From contig CM075989.1 in the NCBI GenBank assembly GCA_038087875.1, positions 18,912,001 to 18,972,000 on the forward strand: a DNA stretch of 60,000 nt. Direction: 5' to 3'. Every line of letters begins with the position of its first letter. Within the stretch, counting starts at the first letter, position 1. Both the position numbers and the translations under genes were made by a program. The notes beneath the pieces are model-generated. The model was not told the DNA's origin. It saw only the letters and a list, made by a program, of their open reading frames with translations, and did not search any database. Source of the DNA: Malacoraja senta (Eukaryota). Below are positions 13,647-25,692 of the stretch, in pieces.

Positions 13647-13719
13647 AAAGATATTACAAGCACAAGTTAACAGGGGAGTGGGATATACAAATATAGAATG
13701 GAGACACAAGAAGCAAAAC

Positions 13720-14220
13720 ACTAAGTGCTGGAGTAACTCAACGAGTCAGGCAGCATCTGTGGAGGGAATTGACATGCAATGTTTCAGACTGATGCAGTAG
13801 GGGGAGAAAGTTGGACAATAGAGGTTGGGGGGGGGGCAAAGCCTGGCAAGTGATAGGTGGATACGGGAGATGTGGGGGGGGGGGGAGTGGCAGATGGGTG
13901 GAGGAAGTGACAAAGTCTTGAGGTGAAAAGGAGACAAAAGAGTGTCAGATAAGGAGAAAAGAGGAGGTTTGAAATGGAAGGTTGGATAGGAGAAATAGGT
14001 GGAACTGAGGGGAGGAAAAAAGGGAATAAAAGGAAAGATAGGGCTTGGGGTAGGAATTGAGTGTACGGAGGAGGGGAAAGGAGCAAGGTGAATGGGAAAT
14101 GGGTGCATACCAGGGTGGAGGTGGGGGGCAGTGGAAAAAGAGGGGGGTAGGGGTATATTACTTGAAAATGGAGAATTCAATGTTCATACCGTTGGGTTCT
14201 AAGCTACCAAAGTGGGACAA
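13720..14220 (-). mobile_element. Degenerate Penelope-like element 3' region
   Basis: Purine-rich block ending in gagaattcaatgttcataccgttggg (GMNIEFS on -), plus the gtgctggagtaactca terminal motif. Confidence 0.6.
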
Positions 14221-15197
14221 CGAGGGACTGTGTTCATATCTTTGTCTCGTGTACACTTACAAATCAGAAGATCCAGATTAAGTGATGGTTTGCAGATAAA
14301 CCTCTTTGCAGATCCATTTGGAATGGGCGTGCAGAGAAATTGAAAGAGTCAACGGTATGATGGAAATAAGCTGTCATCACCAGTGACTCACAGGAGGCAG
14401 TTTGTTTGATGGGTTTGGGCAGGGAATGGATGGAGCTGGTGCGTTTCCAGTCGTGAGGCAGAGATATAAAAGGACTGCTCAATGCTTATTGTCCTGGATG
14501 TGCCTTTTGAACGTCAGGGACTGGAATAGAATTAAGAACTGCTGAGAGCACACAGACGAGTGAGCATCTGCATCACTGCAGGTGTCCCTCTGTGCTGAGC
14601 CAGCCTGTTCTTCTTGTAAATAGTATTATAGTGTCAAACAGCACAGAATCTGACCCTTCAAAAGTTTAGTTAGCTTTTTATGTGCGCCGAGCATTTTTTC
14701 CATTCAAACTTTTAATGCCATTGTAATGATACAGAATTATTTTGAATTGAATTGAATGGAATACTTTATTGCCACATGTGAAAAGACACAGTGAAATTCT
14801 GTGCTTGCGTACCTTCCCAAGATATGTAAATAGCCGCCACATAAAGGGCACTGACAAAGTTACAAAGCATCCCGCGCCGGGTTCTCCTTTGTACTCCCCC
14901 CCCCCTCTCTCACGGTGGTCCCTCCACGCCGGGTCCTCCTCCGCTCTCTCACAGTGGTCCCTCCACGCCGGGTCCTCCTTTGTTCCCGGCAGCATGTCCT
15001 CCGACTCCCACTTGGTCTGTCCGTGACCGCCGCACCTTCAACCACCGCCGACCCCGACCGGCGCCCACATCGACGCCAGAAGCACATTTGACAACGTAAC
15101 TTATTAGCAAATAGCATGTTTGACAAGTTCTCTTCTGTTAATAATTTGTTACTCAAGGATAGCCAACTCTATTTATATTTCCCGGCACAATTCTGAA

Positions 15198-15444
15198 TTT
15201 AATCTTTTTATTTGAATTTCACGGCAATTTACATACATACAATAATAACAGACAGTAATAATCAAGGCATAATTGTACAACAGTATGTAAGCGATCCTCA
15301 AAACCCTTACCCTTACCCACCTTCAACCCACCCAAGTCAAGTCGGAGCCAAACGGGGACAAACAACACTCACATACGTACACATCCACACACAAATGGTA
15401 GAATAGACGAAACAAAATGTGCTATATAAAAATAAAAATAGAAA

Positions 15445-15475
<31 letters not shown>

Positions 15476-17163
15476 TATCTAAATAAACAATAGTAGGGAG
15501 GGGGGGATTAAGGGGAAAGCAGCTGCTGTAGAACAAAACGATGATGGAGAACACTCAGTCCTCTTCCGAGTCCGGGGACAAAGTAAGAGAGTTAACCAGT
15601 TCAAAGAAAGGGTTCCATGTATCTAGGAATGTCTTGGTAGAGCCTTTGAGAGAGAACCTAAGTTTTTCAAGTTTCAGATTGTAAAGCACCTCCTTAACCC
15701 AACGGGCGTGTGTCGGGGGACAGGTGAGCCTCCAACTAAGCAAGATCAGTCTCCGGGCTAACAAGGTTGTAAAAGCTAGGACCCGTTTCACCGCAACAGA
15801 GAGGTTGGTATTGGGAGGGGTACCGAAAATGGCTGACATTGGATTTGGAAGAATAGTCTGGTCGTAAGCTCTGCTTATCAATTCAAAAGCACTCCTCCAA
15901 AAGGCTGCTAGTTTAGGGCAAGACCAAAACATGTGGCTATGGTTGGCAGGAGATTGACTACATCTGTTACAGGTGTCATTGACAGCTGGGTACATTCTAG
16001 CTAATCTTGCATTTGTATAGTGGACTTTGTAAAGGACTTTGCATTGGATTAGGCCATGACGAGCGCATATGGAAGAAGAGTGGATCAAATCCAAGGCAGA
16101 GTCCCATTGCTGGTCTGTTAATTGCGTATTCAGCTCTCCCTCCCACGCAGCTTTTAATGAGGTATGAGGTTTCAATAAAACCGACCCTGGCAAATTATAC
16201 AAAATAGAGATACATTTCTTCCGATTGGGGTCTAAAGCTAAGATGATATCAGTCAGGGTTTCAGGAGGGCGATTTGGGAAGTAGGGAAATGTCTTCTTCA
16301 CAAAATCCCATATCTGGAAAAAACGAAAAAGGTGGGAGTTTGGGAGGTTGTAGTTAGACGAGAGCTCCGCGAAAGATGAGAAGATACCATCCTTATATAG
16401 GTTTTTAACACTACTGATGCCATTGCTATGCCAGGTTTTAAATGCGTGGTCTATACTTGAAGGTTTAAAAATGTGATTTTTAAGCAGTGGGGTCAAGATG
16501 GAAGGACCCTGTAAACCGAGGTTTTTCCTAAATTGACTCCATATCTTGAGCGAAAGGGACACAATTGGGCCTGCACCCACAGATGTTATAGAAAGGGGGA
16601 GTTGGGAGCATAGGACAGACCGCAATGGGAGACGTGAACTCGCCTTTTCCATATATACCCAGATCGGTGGGTGCTCGCAATCATCATTCATCCAATACAG
16701 GAGTTTTTGCAAGTTAACTGCCCAGTAGTATTGCCTAAAATCAGGGAGGGCCAAACCGCCATCACTCTTAGGCGACTGCAGTATCGCCTTTTTGGATTTT
16801 GACCGGTTTGCTACCCCATAAGAATTTAGATATTGTCCTTTCTAATTTGTCAAAAAAAGATTTGGTGATAAGTATGGGGACATGCTGGAAAAGATACAGG
16901 AATTTGGGTAGGACAACCATCTTAACCAGATTTATCCGGCCCACGAGGGATAGCGGTAAGACTGACCAGCGATCAAAATCTTTTTCGGCTTTCTCAACCA
17001 GAGGCAAAAAGTTTGTGCGGAACATATCAGATAAGGGTATTGTGATAAAAACGCCGAGATAGCGAAACCCATCCTCTGCCCTTTTGAATGAGGCTAAAGA
17101 GCGAGGGAGCTGCTTAGCCGGTAAGTTAATCGGTAATAGCTCACTCTTTTGGTAGTTAAGTTT
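15198..17163 (-). mobile_element. 5'-truncated L1-clade LINE (end of RT, C-terminal Cys-rich domain, 3' UTR)
   Basis: KLNYQKSELLPIN...FRYLGVFIT...LSLVGRINLVKMVVLPKFLYLFQ...GGLALPDFRQYYWA...CNRC..HMFWSCP. One frameshift near 16790, stop at 15555. 3' UTR carries (TA)n and AATAAA at 15207-15212. Confidence 0.92.
15444..15478. repeat. (TA)n microsatellite within the L1 3' UTR
   Basis: atatatat run, directly visible. Confidence 0.9.
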
Positions 17164-17278
17164 CTAAGCACGCAGTTAACAAGGACATACATTGCACACA
17201 TTCAGTCATGAGAGTGTTGACTTCCAGAAACAAAATGTTGCCTCTTGCATTGTCACAATGGCCTGAACATTCACGCTG

Positions 17279-17890
17279 CAGTAAAGCCTCGTTATTGACG
17301 ATTGTCCCCTATAACTGGGTGTGGGGATAAATATGAACTAGTTTAACCCAAGGCCAGGTGGGGGGCGGATGTTAAACCAGTGGGGTTTCACAGGGTGGGG
17401 ACCCACAGAGCCCCCGGCCCCACACGCGGTGCACCAGGGACGGGCCCAGTACTCACGCCACCTTCATGCTGGTCGCTCTCTCTACCAAAGATCACAGAGC
17501 TCCGCTCTATGACCTTCGCTCTCTACTCCCACGCCGTAAACACACCACGCGGTGCCAGCTAGTGAGGTAACCTCATGGAAGTGGGTGGGTTGGTGGGTGG
17601 GGGAGGCGGTGTAATGGGAGCCTCGCTCTGTCACCAGGTGACTGGCGCACGTTGCCAGAACGATGCAGATGCAGGTGCAGTGGCGTTTGCTGCATCCAGC
17701 ACCTCTCGAGGGCCTCGCATTGGTGCAGCCGCTTCAACTCCGCGTCCAACGCAAAGCTCCTCGAGAGTGTTTTACCGCTCTCTCTCTCTACCCACCACCG
17801 CCTCCCCGTTGCCTAACGCTGCACGGTGCCCACCAAACATCAACACATCACAGGTCCGTTATTGCAAGCGTTGTCCGTTATAAGGAGGGA
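17279..17890. mobile_element. Possible degenerate pogo/Tigger-like non-autonomous DNA transposon
   Basis: Left cagtaaagcctcgttattgacg and right tccgttataaggagg are partially complementary, and the interior is GC-rich. No clean TA TSD. Confidence 0.3.
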
Positions 17891-18283
17891 AGTCTCTCCA
17901 GATATTTATGAGAGGCTTGTTTTTTGTAAAGGTCGTTACGCCTGAAGAAGAGAACAAAATGCTGGCTTGAAGTCTTACTTGGAATTGTGCTTCTGCTGAC
18001 CTCAGCAATTCCTGTCTGATTCACTCCGCACAGTCCCCCGAGGCACACACCACCTGCTTGCTTCTACTGCAGCAGCTGGGAGGTCACCGTGGATGTACAC
18101 CAAACCTGTACATTCCCAGCACAGAAACCATGCTAGAATTGCCAGAGGTTGGAATTAACTGTTGTTAGATCTAGCATTATTAACAGAGGAATTCAAGCAT
18201 TATTAAAATAATAACATTACAGCGCCTTTCATTCATTGTTCCATTGCGTATTTGAAGTCTATTCTAGCAATGTTATTTTGAAC

Positions 18284-18824
18284 ATCAAATCTGAGGAAGG
18301 ACATTATAGCCATAGAGGGAGTGCAGAGAAGGTTCACCAGACTGATTCCTGGGATGTCAGGACTTTCATATGAAGAAAGACTGGATACACTTGGCTTATA
18401 CTCGCTAGAATTTAGGAGATTGAGAGGGGATCTTATAGAAACGTACAAAATTCTTATGGGGTTGGACAGGCTAGATGCAGGAAGATTGTTCCCGATGTTG
18501 GGGAAGTCCAGGACAAGGGGTCACAGCTTAAGGATAAGGGGGAAATCCTTTAAGACCGAGATGAGGAAAAACTTTTTCACACAGAGAGTGGTGAATCTCT
18601 GGAACTCTCTGCCACAGAGGGTAGTTGAGGCCAGTTCATTGGCTATATTTAAGAGGGAGTTAGATGTGGCCCTTGTGGCTAAAGGGATCAGGGGGTATGG
18701 AGAGAAGGCAGGTACGGGATACTGAGTTGGATGATCAGCCATGATCATATTGAATGGCGGTGCAGGCTCGAAGGGCCGAATGGCCTACTCCTGCACCTAT
18801 TTTCTCTGTATCTATGTATCTATG
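18284..18824 (+). mobile_element. CR1 LINE 3' fragment, well preserved
   Basis: QRRFTRLIPGMSGLSYEERLDTLGLYSLEFRRLRGDLIETYKI...TRGHSLRI...FFTQRVVNLWNSLP, then a 3' UTR with (tatctatg)n tail. Confidence 0.93.
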
Positions 18825-19748
18825 AACCTATTTATTCTAAAATCAAAACAAAAAATTGAAAGGACCTGTCTCGAACGTTGAACAAAACACAAAGTGCTGG
18901 TGAAACAAACTATAAAGACCCCTCTCAAATCTCTCCCCTTTCACCTTAAGCCTTTAGTTTTAGAATCATCCAGACAGTGAAAAAGACTGTGAGCGTTCAC
19001 TTAATCCATGTCCCACATGATCTTGTACACTTCAATAAGGTCACCTCTCAGCCTGCTGTGCTCCAAAGAAAAGAGTCCTAGCCTAGGCTTTTGGGTGACA
19101 TTGAAACACTAACTTGAAATGAATCTTACTTGTAGCCAAGATAGACACAAAATGTTGGAGTAACTCCGAGGTGCAGGCAGCATCTCTGGAGGGAAGGAAC
19201 GGGTGACATTTCAGGTTGAGACCCTTATTCTGACTGCAGTCACCCGCTGAGTTACTCCAGCATTTTGAGTCTACAGTATAAATCTGTATCTGCAGTTCCT
19301 TCATACACATACATACTTATACCCACTTTCCCTGGCACAGTTAGAGCCTCATCTCTGGGCAGTGACCCAGACCCAGCATAGATACAAAAAGCTGGAATAA
19401 CTCAGCGGGTCAGGCAGCATCTCTGTAGAAAAGGAATGGGTGACGTTTCGGGTCGAGACCCTTCTTCGGACTCTGAAGAAGGGTCTCGACCGTTTAAACC
19501 AGCTTCTGCAGTTCCTTCCTACCCAACATGTTGGTCAGAGGAATGACAGCAGTGATAAATTGTCACTCCGTCATTTCCACTACTTTGCGCATGAAACAAG
19601 GTGTGCATGTTTTGTCCGAGCATGGTCACATTGATTTACGAACCCAAACCTTTCATGCATGTTCTTGCCAGTTTAAACACCTTTAATGACAGACTGCCCT
19701 AACTACTCATTAGCTAATGGGACACACGATCTCCCTTTTGATCAACAG

Positions 19749-19832
19749 AACTTGACAAAACAGAGTCTTACCTATCGGCAATCAGAAAGAATATCGAGTG
19801 GCTGAAGAAACACAAGCAGGGGAACGGGGAAG
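19749..19832 (+). CDS. SCG3: Secretogranin III penultimate coding exon
   Basis: caacag acceptor, AAG|gtaggt donor, 84 nt. Encodes (E)LDKTESYLSAIRKNIEWLKKHKQGNGE (cf. KTEAYLEAIRKNIEWLKKH). Confidence 0.95.
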
Positions 19833-20148
19833 GTAGGTTTACACGTATTAAGATTGACATTTGTTTTCGGCAGTGAAAATAACCAACTTCTGCTCAAAGA
19901 CAAATTGTAAAATGTTTAAATACATCAGACACGGAAGCAGCAGAGAAATAGCCATAAAGCAGAGTGGAGTAATATTTCATTCAATAGTCATCAACCTGAA
20001 CCAAGAACTCTGTCTTTCTCACTACAGAAGCTGCCAGAGTTTCTATGTATTTACAGCATTTTCTATTTAATTTCTGCATTCCACATTGACAGAATTTTAT
20101 ATTTATGCAATGAGATTGATTGATTGATTGAAAGATACAGCATAAAAA

Positions 20149-20460
20149 GGGTAGCACAGTGGCGCAGCGGTAGAGTGGCTGCCTTTCAGCGCTTGCAGCA
20201 CCAGAGACCCGGGTTCAATCCTGACTCCGGGTGCTGTCTGTACGGAGTTTGTACGTTCTCCCCGTGTCCGTGTGGGTTTCCTCCGAGATCTTCGGTTTCC
20301 TCCCACAGCCCAAAGACGTACAGGTTTGTAGGTTAATTGGCTTGGCATAAATGTAGATTATTCCTAGTATGTGAGGTAGTGTTACTGTGCAGGGATCGCT
20401 GATCCGTGCGAACTCGGTGGGCGATAGGCCCGTTTCTGCACTGAATTTCTAAACTAAACG
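20149..20460 (+). mobile_element. HE1/V-SINE-type element
   Basis: tRNA-like head, V-type core, ctaaactaaa tail. Confidence 0.85.
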
Positions 20461-21467
20461 AAAACAAGCCATTCGGCCCATCGAGTCCACACTAACCATT
20501 GATGACCTATTCATACTAAGTCTATGTTATCCCAGTTTGCTGTTCCTTGCATGTGGCATCACTGACAGTAAAGGAGGCCCAGGACAGAAAGGTCAGTATG
20601 GGAATGGGAAGGGGAGTTAAAATGTTCGGCAACCGGGTGATCACCTAGGCCAAGGCAGACTGGCACTGCTTAAACCCGGCTGTTATGAATATAGTCAACT
20701 TTACCTCTTGGCCATGGGGTATAGCTACAACTGCTGAATGAAGAGTGCCCTAACTTCCCATTTCCCCAATACTGTTCTTCCTGTTATTTCCATAATGCTG
20801 GTAGAATTATATAAAATTATGAGAGGCACAGATAGGGTAGATAGTCAGAACCTTTTTCCAAGGAGGGAAGAATCGAATACCAGGGGGCATGGTTTTAAGG
20901 TGAGAGCAGCAAGGTTTAAGGCAGATGTGCGGGGCAAATTTAATTTAAAGAGGTGTTGAGTGCCTGCCAGTGGTAGTGGTGGAGGCAGATATGTTAGTGG
21001 CATTTAAAAGACTTTTGGATAGGCACATGGATACACAGGGAATGGAGGGATATGGATTATGTGCAGGTAGATAAGCAGTGGTCTTGGCTTCATAGATAAG
21101 ACACAAAATGCTGGAGTAACTCAGCAGGTCAGGCAGCATCTCTGAAGAGAAGGAATAGGTTATGTTTCAGGCCAAAATCCTTCTTCAGACTGAGAGTCAG
21201 GGGAGAGGGAGAGGTATGAAAAGGTTCATAAGCCGGCACCAAAGACCAGGGAAAGGCGGAGCCCACAATGGTCCATTGTTGGCTGTGGAATAGGTGATTA
21301 CGAAGGGATGTATGGATGTGAACAGCGGAACAGGCAGGGTGACTTGGCATCATGTTCGGCACAGACATTGTGGGCCGAAGGGCCTGTTCCTGTGCAGTAC
21401 TGATCTATGGCTCCATCTATGTTCATCTCAAACAGTGAATGAGCTCAGTGCTAATGTTTGTGCTCTA

Positions 21468-21722
21468 TGCCCGGTTTCCGGGGTTACGTCCGCGCCCGAG
21501 TGGTACTTGAGAGGGATCACGCGCTGTCCACAGGCACCCTGGGGGTTTCCGGGACCGCTGGGCACCGCAGGGGGTGGAATGTGTCCTTAACAAGAATGAT
21601 GATAGTTATTTGAAAATGTAGTGATTAGATAATTTGGTGATTTAGTATTATGGTGGTGGGTGCATTATCACTGTTTTGGTTTGTAAATATTATTTTTTAT
21701 AATAATTGAATACACTATTTTT
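21468..21722 (+). mobile_element. Tx1-like LINE, extreme 3' fragment
   Basis: Translates to ARFRGYVRARVVLERDHALSTGTLGVFRDRWAPQGVECVL, resembling Tx1 ORF2 C-termini, followed by an AT-rich UTR. Confidence 0.55.
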
Positions 21723-21760
21723 GATTTTATTTAATGTTTTTGCTCTACGTCTTAACGCAG

Positions 21761-21879
21761 GTTATGAGCTTCAGAAGTTGCGAGACACCATTGACCAACA
21801 AGTTGACAACTACGTACAAAAAGGGATCCTGGAGGAAGGAGAAGGGGATATTATCAAACGTATCTATGATAGCCTGTGA
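21761..21879 (+). CDS. SCG3: Secretogranin III last coding exon with stop codon
   Basis: ttaacgcag acceptor. Encodes (G)YELQKLRDTIDQQVDNYVQKGILEEGEGDIIKRIYDSL, with TGA at 21877-21879 (cf. DYDLSKMRDFINKQADAYVEKGILDKEEAEAIKRIYSSL*). Confidence 0.95.
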
Positions 21880-22639
21880 CACCCTCTAACGCACAAAGGA
21901 AGTGATCCTCATCCTTCAACAACAGCTGACCCTATAAGTTTATTTACATATAGTTTGTATTAGGATATTTAATAAGCTTTAATTTATTTTTTCCTTGGCT
22001 ATTCTGTCGTGTCAAGCAGATTCAGGGACTCATTACTGGAAAAATTGCTCGGAAATAGGCCCTTCGGCCCACCGAGTCCATGCTGGCCATCTTCCGTTAT
22101 CCAACTTTCTCATCCACTAAGGGCAATTTACAGAGGCCAATTGACCTACAAACCCGCACGTCTTTGGAATGTGGGATGTGAAAACCCATGGATTCGTACG
22201 GGTGTCAGGGGTTATGGGGAGAAGGCAGGAGAATGGGGTTGAGGGGGAAAGATAGATCAGCCATGGTTGAATGGTGGAGTAGACTTGATGGGCCGAATGG
22301 ACTCATTCTGTTCCTATCACTTATGAACATAAACCAGCGCACCCAGAGGAAGCCCACGCGGTAACAGGGGGACGTGCAAACTCCACAAAGACAGCAAGAA
22401 CTGGGCTGCAAGAACTGGTAAGGGGGGGGGGTAATCGCACACCCCCAGTGAAGGCTAGGGGGAGGGGGACTGGCAGGGAAGGGGCAGATGATACCCCACC
22501 CACGTCCTCTTCAGCCCTGCTGTTAGCTGAAAGCACACATCCGCAGCCTCACCACGGACAACGGACTGTCCCCCAGTTTCTGAATAGAAACTGCTCAACA
22601 CACTGCAGGGCTGCTGAACATGACAAAGCTCCATCCTCA

Positions 22640-22819
22640 AGGGGCTGTCCCACCGTACGAGGTAATTCAAGAGCTCTCCCGAGTTTTTGAAAAATGTTTT
22701 AAAAAATCTCCACGAGAGCCCTGAGTACCTACGAGCGGCTATTACTGTAATTCTCCGAGTTCGAATCAGGGGAAACTCGGGAGAACTCTTGAATTACTTC
22801 GTACAGTGGGACAAGCCCT
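22640..22819. mobile_element. MITE with ~47-bp terminal inverted repeats (PIF/Harbinger-like)
   Basis: aggggctgtcccaccgtacgaggtaattcaagagctctcccgagttt pairs with aaactcgggagaactcttgaattacttcgtacagtgggacaagccct. Flanks are tca and taa (TWA-like TSD with one mismatch). Confidence 0.75.
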
Positions 22820-23967
22820 TAACACGCCTCCTCAAACAAGGCATTTCACGTGAATGTCTGTGCTGAACATGATGCCAAGTCACCCTGCCTGTTCCAGCAA
22901 CCATTACAACCCTAAGTTCCACCACCTGTGACCCACCAAGCAGTTTGCTACGTCAAGGCAAGGTCTGAATTCACAGGATATTATCCATGTACTTTGATTT
23001 CCTTTCCTCTGTGTCATCTCTTGCAACGATATTCCATCTGATGAATTCACGAAGTATACCCTTTTATTAACTATTTGCAAGGAATTGTGGTGAATGAATA
23101 AAGGATTGGAAGAGTTCCCCCAAAGCTTGTTTGGATGTAAATGATGTCAAATGTTTTCCCCCTGATTTTGCTCCACGATAAGTTAGTTACATTGGTAGAT
23201 CTTTAATTTCAAAAATAACACTGAGTTTTCCCACCAAGAAGTGGTTTCTGTAAAATTACAAAGGCCACTCAAGTGGAAAGATCTCTTCCCACTGTTTGAA
23301 GAGTAACTTTTCCAAACTGATTGCATCGTAGAGTCGAACAGCGCAGAAACAGGCCCTTCGGCCCAACTGGTCCATGCCGACCAAGATGCCCCATCTAAGC
23401 TATTCGCTGTATGTTGTGTTTGCATCACAAAGTCACGTCTATTGTGTTTGTAGAGAAGGGGGTGAGGGAAATGAGACACATTCACTTCTCCAGAATGGAT
23501 TACACATTGAATCTTGGCTCCTTTGTGAGTGTAAATGATTCCCCATCATGTGGTTGTCAGTAAATGTAAGAAGTATTTTGTTCAAGTGTAAATATATGTT
23601 AAACTTTCAAACTCGTGTAAAAATGCTACAATTAAATTGATTTGAGTTTTCTTTACGAACTTAACTTTTCCTGGCACAAGTGTCAATTCAGAATGGTTTC
23701 CGCATTTCATATCCATGCAAAAAGTGTGTCCAAATCATAATAAATCGGATAGATATTCATAATTGCCTTTAATATCGCAATTACATAATAACACAAGAAA
23801 ATGATGGTCGTAATTTTTCAGAGAATGTTGGAAGAAGACATTTATCCGGCTTCAGGTTTCAAGATGTAATGTTCTGGAGGCTAATTGAAATCAGTCTAAT
23901 AAATATCATTCCACTGCTAAATTGACACAAATTCATAGCCCTTGATGATCCTACAAATCAAGATGGC

Positions 23968-24522
23968 AACACACAAAGTGCTGGAGGAACTCAGCAGGAC
24001 AGGCAGCATCTCTGGAGAAAAGGAATAGGTGACGTTTTGGGTCGAAACCCTTCTTCAGACTGAGAGGGGGGAACGGAGGGGGGAAACCAAGAGATATGAA
24101 AAGGTTCAAAACAAATCAGAGCCAGCACCGATGACCAAGGAAAGGTGGAGCCCACAATGGTCCATTGTTGGCAGCGGAAGAGTTGTCAACAAAGGAATAT
24201 ATGGATGCGAACAGTGGAATTGGCACAACAACTTGGGCGGGGGAGGGATGGAGAGAGAGCTAATATAGCGGATGCTGCTTAATATTAGAGAAACCAACAT
24301 TCATACCGCTGGATAGACACTGGAGTAACTCAGCGGGACAGGTAGCATCTCAGGAGAGAAGGAATGGGTGACTTTTCGGGTCAAGGCTGGGGTGTAAGCT
24401 ACCCAGGAAAAATATGAGGTGCTGTTCCTCCAATTTGTGTGCGGACTCACTCTGACAGTGGAGGAGGCCCAGGATAGAAAGTTCAGTGTGGGAATGGGAG
24501 TTAAAATGTTCAGCAACCGGGC
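23968..24522 (-). mobile_element. Penelope-like element remnant with a nested terminal-repeat fragment
   Basis: PVAEHFNSHSHTELSILGLLHCQSESAHKLEEQHLIFFLGSLHP plus the same terminal repeat as at 9840-9940. Confidence 0.78.
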
Positions 24523-25686
24523 TTTCCATGCACCAGGTCACAGCTGGGAAGATGGAGGTTTGTTTTGGTTTGATTTATATTCTGCCTGACCAGATAGTTC
24601 TGTCAGTGATAATTTAGCATCACTAGTTTAGTCGTCAGCGTGGAAACAGGCTCTTCGACCCACCTTGCCCACACCAGCCAACATGTCCCATCTACACTAG
24701 TCCCACCTCCCTGCGTTTGGCCCATATATCTATCTCTCTAAACCTGTCCTATCCATGTGCCTGTCTAAATGTTTCTTAAACATGGAATGTAGGCATTGAT
24801 ACAGCACAGGAACAGGCCCTTTGGCCCACAACATTTGTCATTTGTAACTGTCTGCAGAGATATGCAACCCCCCCAGTCTCTAATACAGACTGACAACACT
24901 TCCAGACAGTCTTCGCTTTGGCGAGGCCAATAGAATATCCTCAGAGAAATAAATGTACATATCTGTACAAAACATGCAAAAGGCTACCCGACATGCTGTG
25001 CGGCACGAGATCACCCCGGTGTGCCGCGGCCATCCCCGACATCAGGCCTGCCTACCCTGCCTTGGAAGCGGGAACCCACGCAGCGAGGGTAACCGCCGAG
25101 CCCGGCCCCTGCTCGCATTGTGGACTGGAGAGGAGGGACTCAGCGTCAGACAGACCGGCTGCGGGAGGCAGTGCATGGCCTCGATGGTGGAGTGGGCCAC
25201 TGGAGGCCCTACAGCAGCGGAGGACACCAACAACTAGGTTTGGCCAGGCTGACCGACCCTGCAACGCCGCCAGGACAACCAGCCCTCATGGTCAGGTCAA
25301 GAATTCTATTCTTATAACAACTGGGACTTGAAAATGGCACCAAAACTGGTGACTCTGTACTGTCTCAGTGTAATCCTAACTCTACACTTGTACCATGTCT
25401 GAGATGCTTATCTAAGATGTATCTGGGTGCTAACATATAGTGATATTTGTACTGAATAGTATACAAAAATTAGTATATGAGACAAATAAAGTACCATTGA
25501 ACCATTGACCACTGAACCATTTTTGCAACCAATATGCAGGTTTTATTTTTGCAGGCACACAGCACTTATGTATAATAATAATCTTTATAATAGTATGTGT
25601 AAAGACTGAGTTACCAGCACACACTGCAAAAAGCTAAAGAAACACACGGAATACATAACTTTGGGTTGAAGTCGTAACAAAAATTA

Positions 25687-25692
25687 TTTATT
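25687..25692 (-). terminator. Candidate distal polyadenylation signal (AATAAA) for LYSMD2
   Basis: tttatt on +. On the - strand it is followed by a GU/U-rich tract (gtattccgtgtgtttctttagctttt) and preceded by UTR-like non-repeat sequence. A more proximal AATAAA lies at 29893-29898. Confidence 0.45.

Noticed and set aside
14905..14980. 39-bp tandem duplication producing a repeated peptide in ORF 14678-14995
   Set aside because: A local duplication inside a repeat remnant. The ORF has no recognisable homology.
17330..17520. Second HDV-like ribozyme on the - strand (ggg-tccccac-cct)
   Set aside because: A P3/L3-like motif is present, but no matching P1, P1.1 or J4/2-P2 could be built.
23036..23060. 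Hammerhead core at ctgatga...gaag
   Set aside because: No stem II, GAAG instead of GAAA, and no flanking helices.
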